DNA from: a virus
Reading direction: 5' to 3' (one strand)
Virus record (IMG/VR): IMGVR_UViG_3300011398_000004
Coordinates: 9,055 to 73,054 of that record
Length of the DNA: 64,000 nt
Numbering within the stretch: position 1 is the stretch's first letter; each line of letters opens with the position of its first letter. Shown one piece after another: positions 62,953-64,000 of the stretch. Position numbers and translations under genes: made by a program. The notes beneath the pieces are model-generated. The model saw only the letters and a program-made list of their open reading frames with translations, did no database searches and was not told the DNA's origin.

Positions 62953-64000
62953 TCATGAATCCATCCTTATGTTATCGGAGACCATGACCAATGTTTCCTT
63001 GGCTCGAGTGATAGCCACGTAGCGGATGTTATCTTCCTCGATATTATGGTAGCGCAGCGTATCCTTGAGAACAAATACCTTATTCGTTTCGAGACCCTTT
63101 GCCTTATGAACAGAGGAACAAACGATTAACCCTTTATCACCCTGTCCATCATCGGTGAATAACGACTCGATACGAGTAGTTATTTCATCGATATTCTTTG
63201 AGCCTTCGGACAACGAAATAAGCATATCGGTCTTGTCCCGAACTTCCTCAATTTTCGATTCAATAGTTGCTGTGCGTCCGTTAGTAGCCGCAGCAAGCAG
63301 AACCTTCAATCGAGAAACTTCCTTGGTTTCCCAGGATTCGACCTTACGTAGGAAATCGGGGACGGAAGTTGCCTTGAACTTACGAATAAGAGTAACTAAC
63401 CCCTTACCGATGTCCTTGCCGGCGACTTTCGCACGTTTACCGGAACGAAGCAATTTAATTGCGATGCTCACTAATGGGGCGTTTACCCTAGAGAGGATAA
63501 AGTCACCAGGACCAGCGTGTCCTACAAGATGAGTTGTATGTAAATTAAGAACTTCACCTTCAGGATTATTTGGACCAGCCTCAAAATCAGGAACAATTTC
63601 CTGTGCAAGTCGAACTATGGATTGTGGGCACCTGTAAGTAGTATTCAGCCCCAATTCCGAAGCAGACAATTCCGACTTCAAACGGTCAATCGAATTGGCG
63701 TCTGCACCGCGGAAGGCATATAGGGCTTGCCGGTCATCTCCGACAATTGCAATCCTTCCTCGACATACGCCTTGTGCAATTTCGAGTTGAGAATTTGACA
63801 TATCCTGGGCTTCGTCGATAACGACCATGTCAAATTCTTTTTGCAGCCAGTGATTACGCACTGGTAAAAAAATCATGTCACTACCATCGATTGTCTCACC
63901 GGACTTGATTTGTGAAGCAAGTTCCATCGCTTGGAGTGCAAATTCCTCGATGCGTTCGAGAGGGAACCCACTGGCGGCCCAGGATTCATCGGGTTCGCAT
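62953..64000 (-). CDS. UvrD/PcrA-family DNA helicase, C-terminal part (N-terminus beyond window end)
   Basis: Motif II VIDEAQD and motif III GDDRQALYAFRGA. The reading frame stays open upstream of the track start (63927) to the window edge. Confidence 0.6.
   Translation of the reverse strand, partial: CEPDESWAASGFPLERIEEFALQAMELASQIKSGETIDGSDMIFLPVRNHWLQKEFDMVVIDEAQDMSNSQLEIAQGVCRGRIAIVGDDRQALYAFRGADANSIDRLKSELSASELGLNTTYRCPQSIVRLAQEIVPDFEAGPNNPEGEVLNLHTTHLVGHAGPGDFILSRVNAPLVSIAIKLLRSGKRAKVAGKDIGKGLVTLIRKFKATSVPDFLRKVESWETKEVSRLKVLLAAATNGRTATIESKIEEVRDKTDMLISLSEGSKNIDEITTRIESLFTDDGQGDKGLIVCSSVHKAKGLETNKVFVLKDTLRYHNIEEDNIRYVAITRAKETLVMVSDNIRMDS

Noticed and set aside
1-64000. Integrated prophage with attachment sites or integrase
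   Set aside because: No tyrosine or serine recombinase, repressor/antirepressor pair, or host-like flanking genes are visible in the window. Lytic versus temperate status therefore cannot be decided from this sequence.

Overview
The window reads as a contiguous ~64 kb stretch of a large tailed dsDNA phage genome, either a virion genome or a prophage interior; no integrase is visible. It is AT-rich, has strong AGGAG-type Shine-Dalgarno sites with ATGA-style translational coupling, and uses TTG as a start codon in places. All of this fits a low-GC Gram-positive-like host.

Layout:
1. 1-6.8 kb, minus strand: early small genes, including an SPFH/flotillin-like membrane protein, a metallophosphoesterase, and two HNH endonucleases.
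2. 7.1-11.5 kb, plus strand: replication block with a primase/VirE-like helicase, a GTTTACA iteron array (probable origin), and another HNH.
3. 11.6-15.6 kb: a visibly higher-GC foreign island with its own promoter and terminator. It carries AAGGAGATA-type ribosome-binding sites, a ribosomal L7/L12 C-terminal-domain-like protein, small zinc-ribbon and membrane proteins, and a PAEVA-repeat protein. A repeated 15-mer (ATCAATGAAAAGATC) lies on both sides of the island, next to a dense palindrome array.
4. 15.6-19.8 kb, minus strand: second early cluster of small Zn-finger proteins and two more HNH endonucleases.
5. 20-54.5 kb, plus strand: packaging, head, tail and lysis genes. In order: terminase large subunit, portal, fibre-like proteins including a 633-aa Ser/Gly 12-mer repeat protein, an inserted GIY-YIG endonuclease, scaffold, major capsid, Ig-like decoration, tail tube, 1528-aa tape measure, distal tail and fibre proteins, an NlpC/P60-like peptidase, two clan-GH-A-like glycosidases, and a lipoprotein.
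6. 54.6-64 kb, minus strand: HNH, ATP-dependent DNA ligase, a major vault protein (MVP) homologue with a downstream polytopic membrane protein, tRNA-Leu(UAA) and tRNA-Met(CAU) separated by an HNH gene, a gp2.5-like SSB candidate, small Zn-ribbon proteins, and a partial UvrD-family helicase.

Main novelty candidates:
- The phage-borne vault-protein homologue operon.
- The repeat-flanked high-GC island carrying an L7/L12-CTD mimic.
- The palindrome array.
- A conserved family of phage promoters.
- An HNH gene split by a -1 frameshift at a slippery A_AAT_TTT site.
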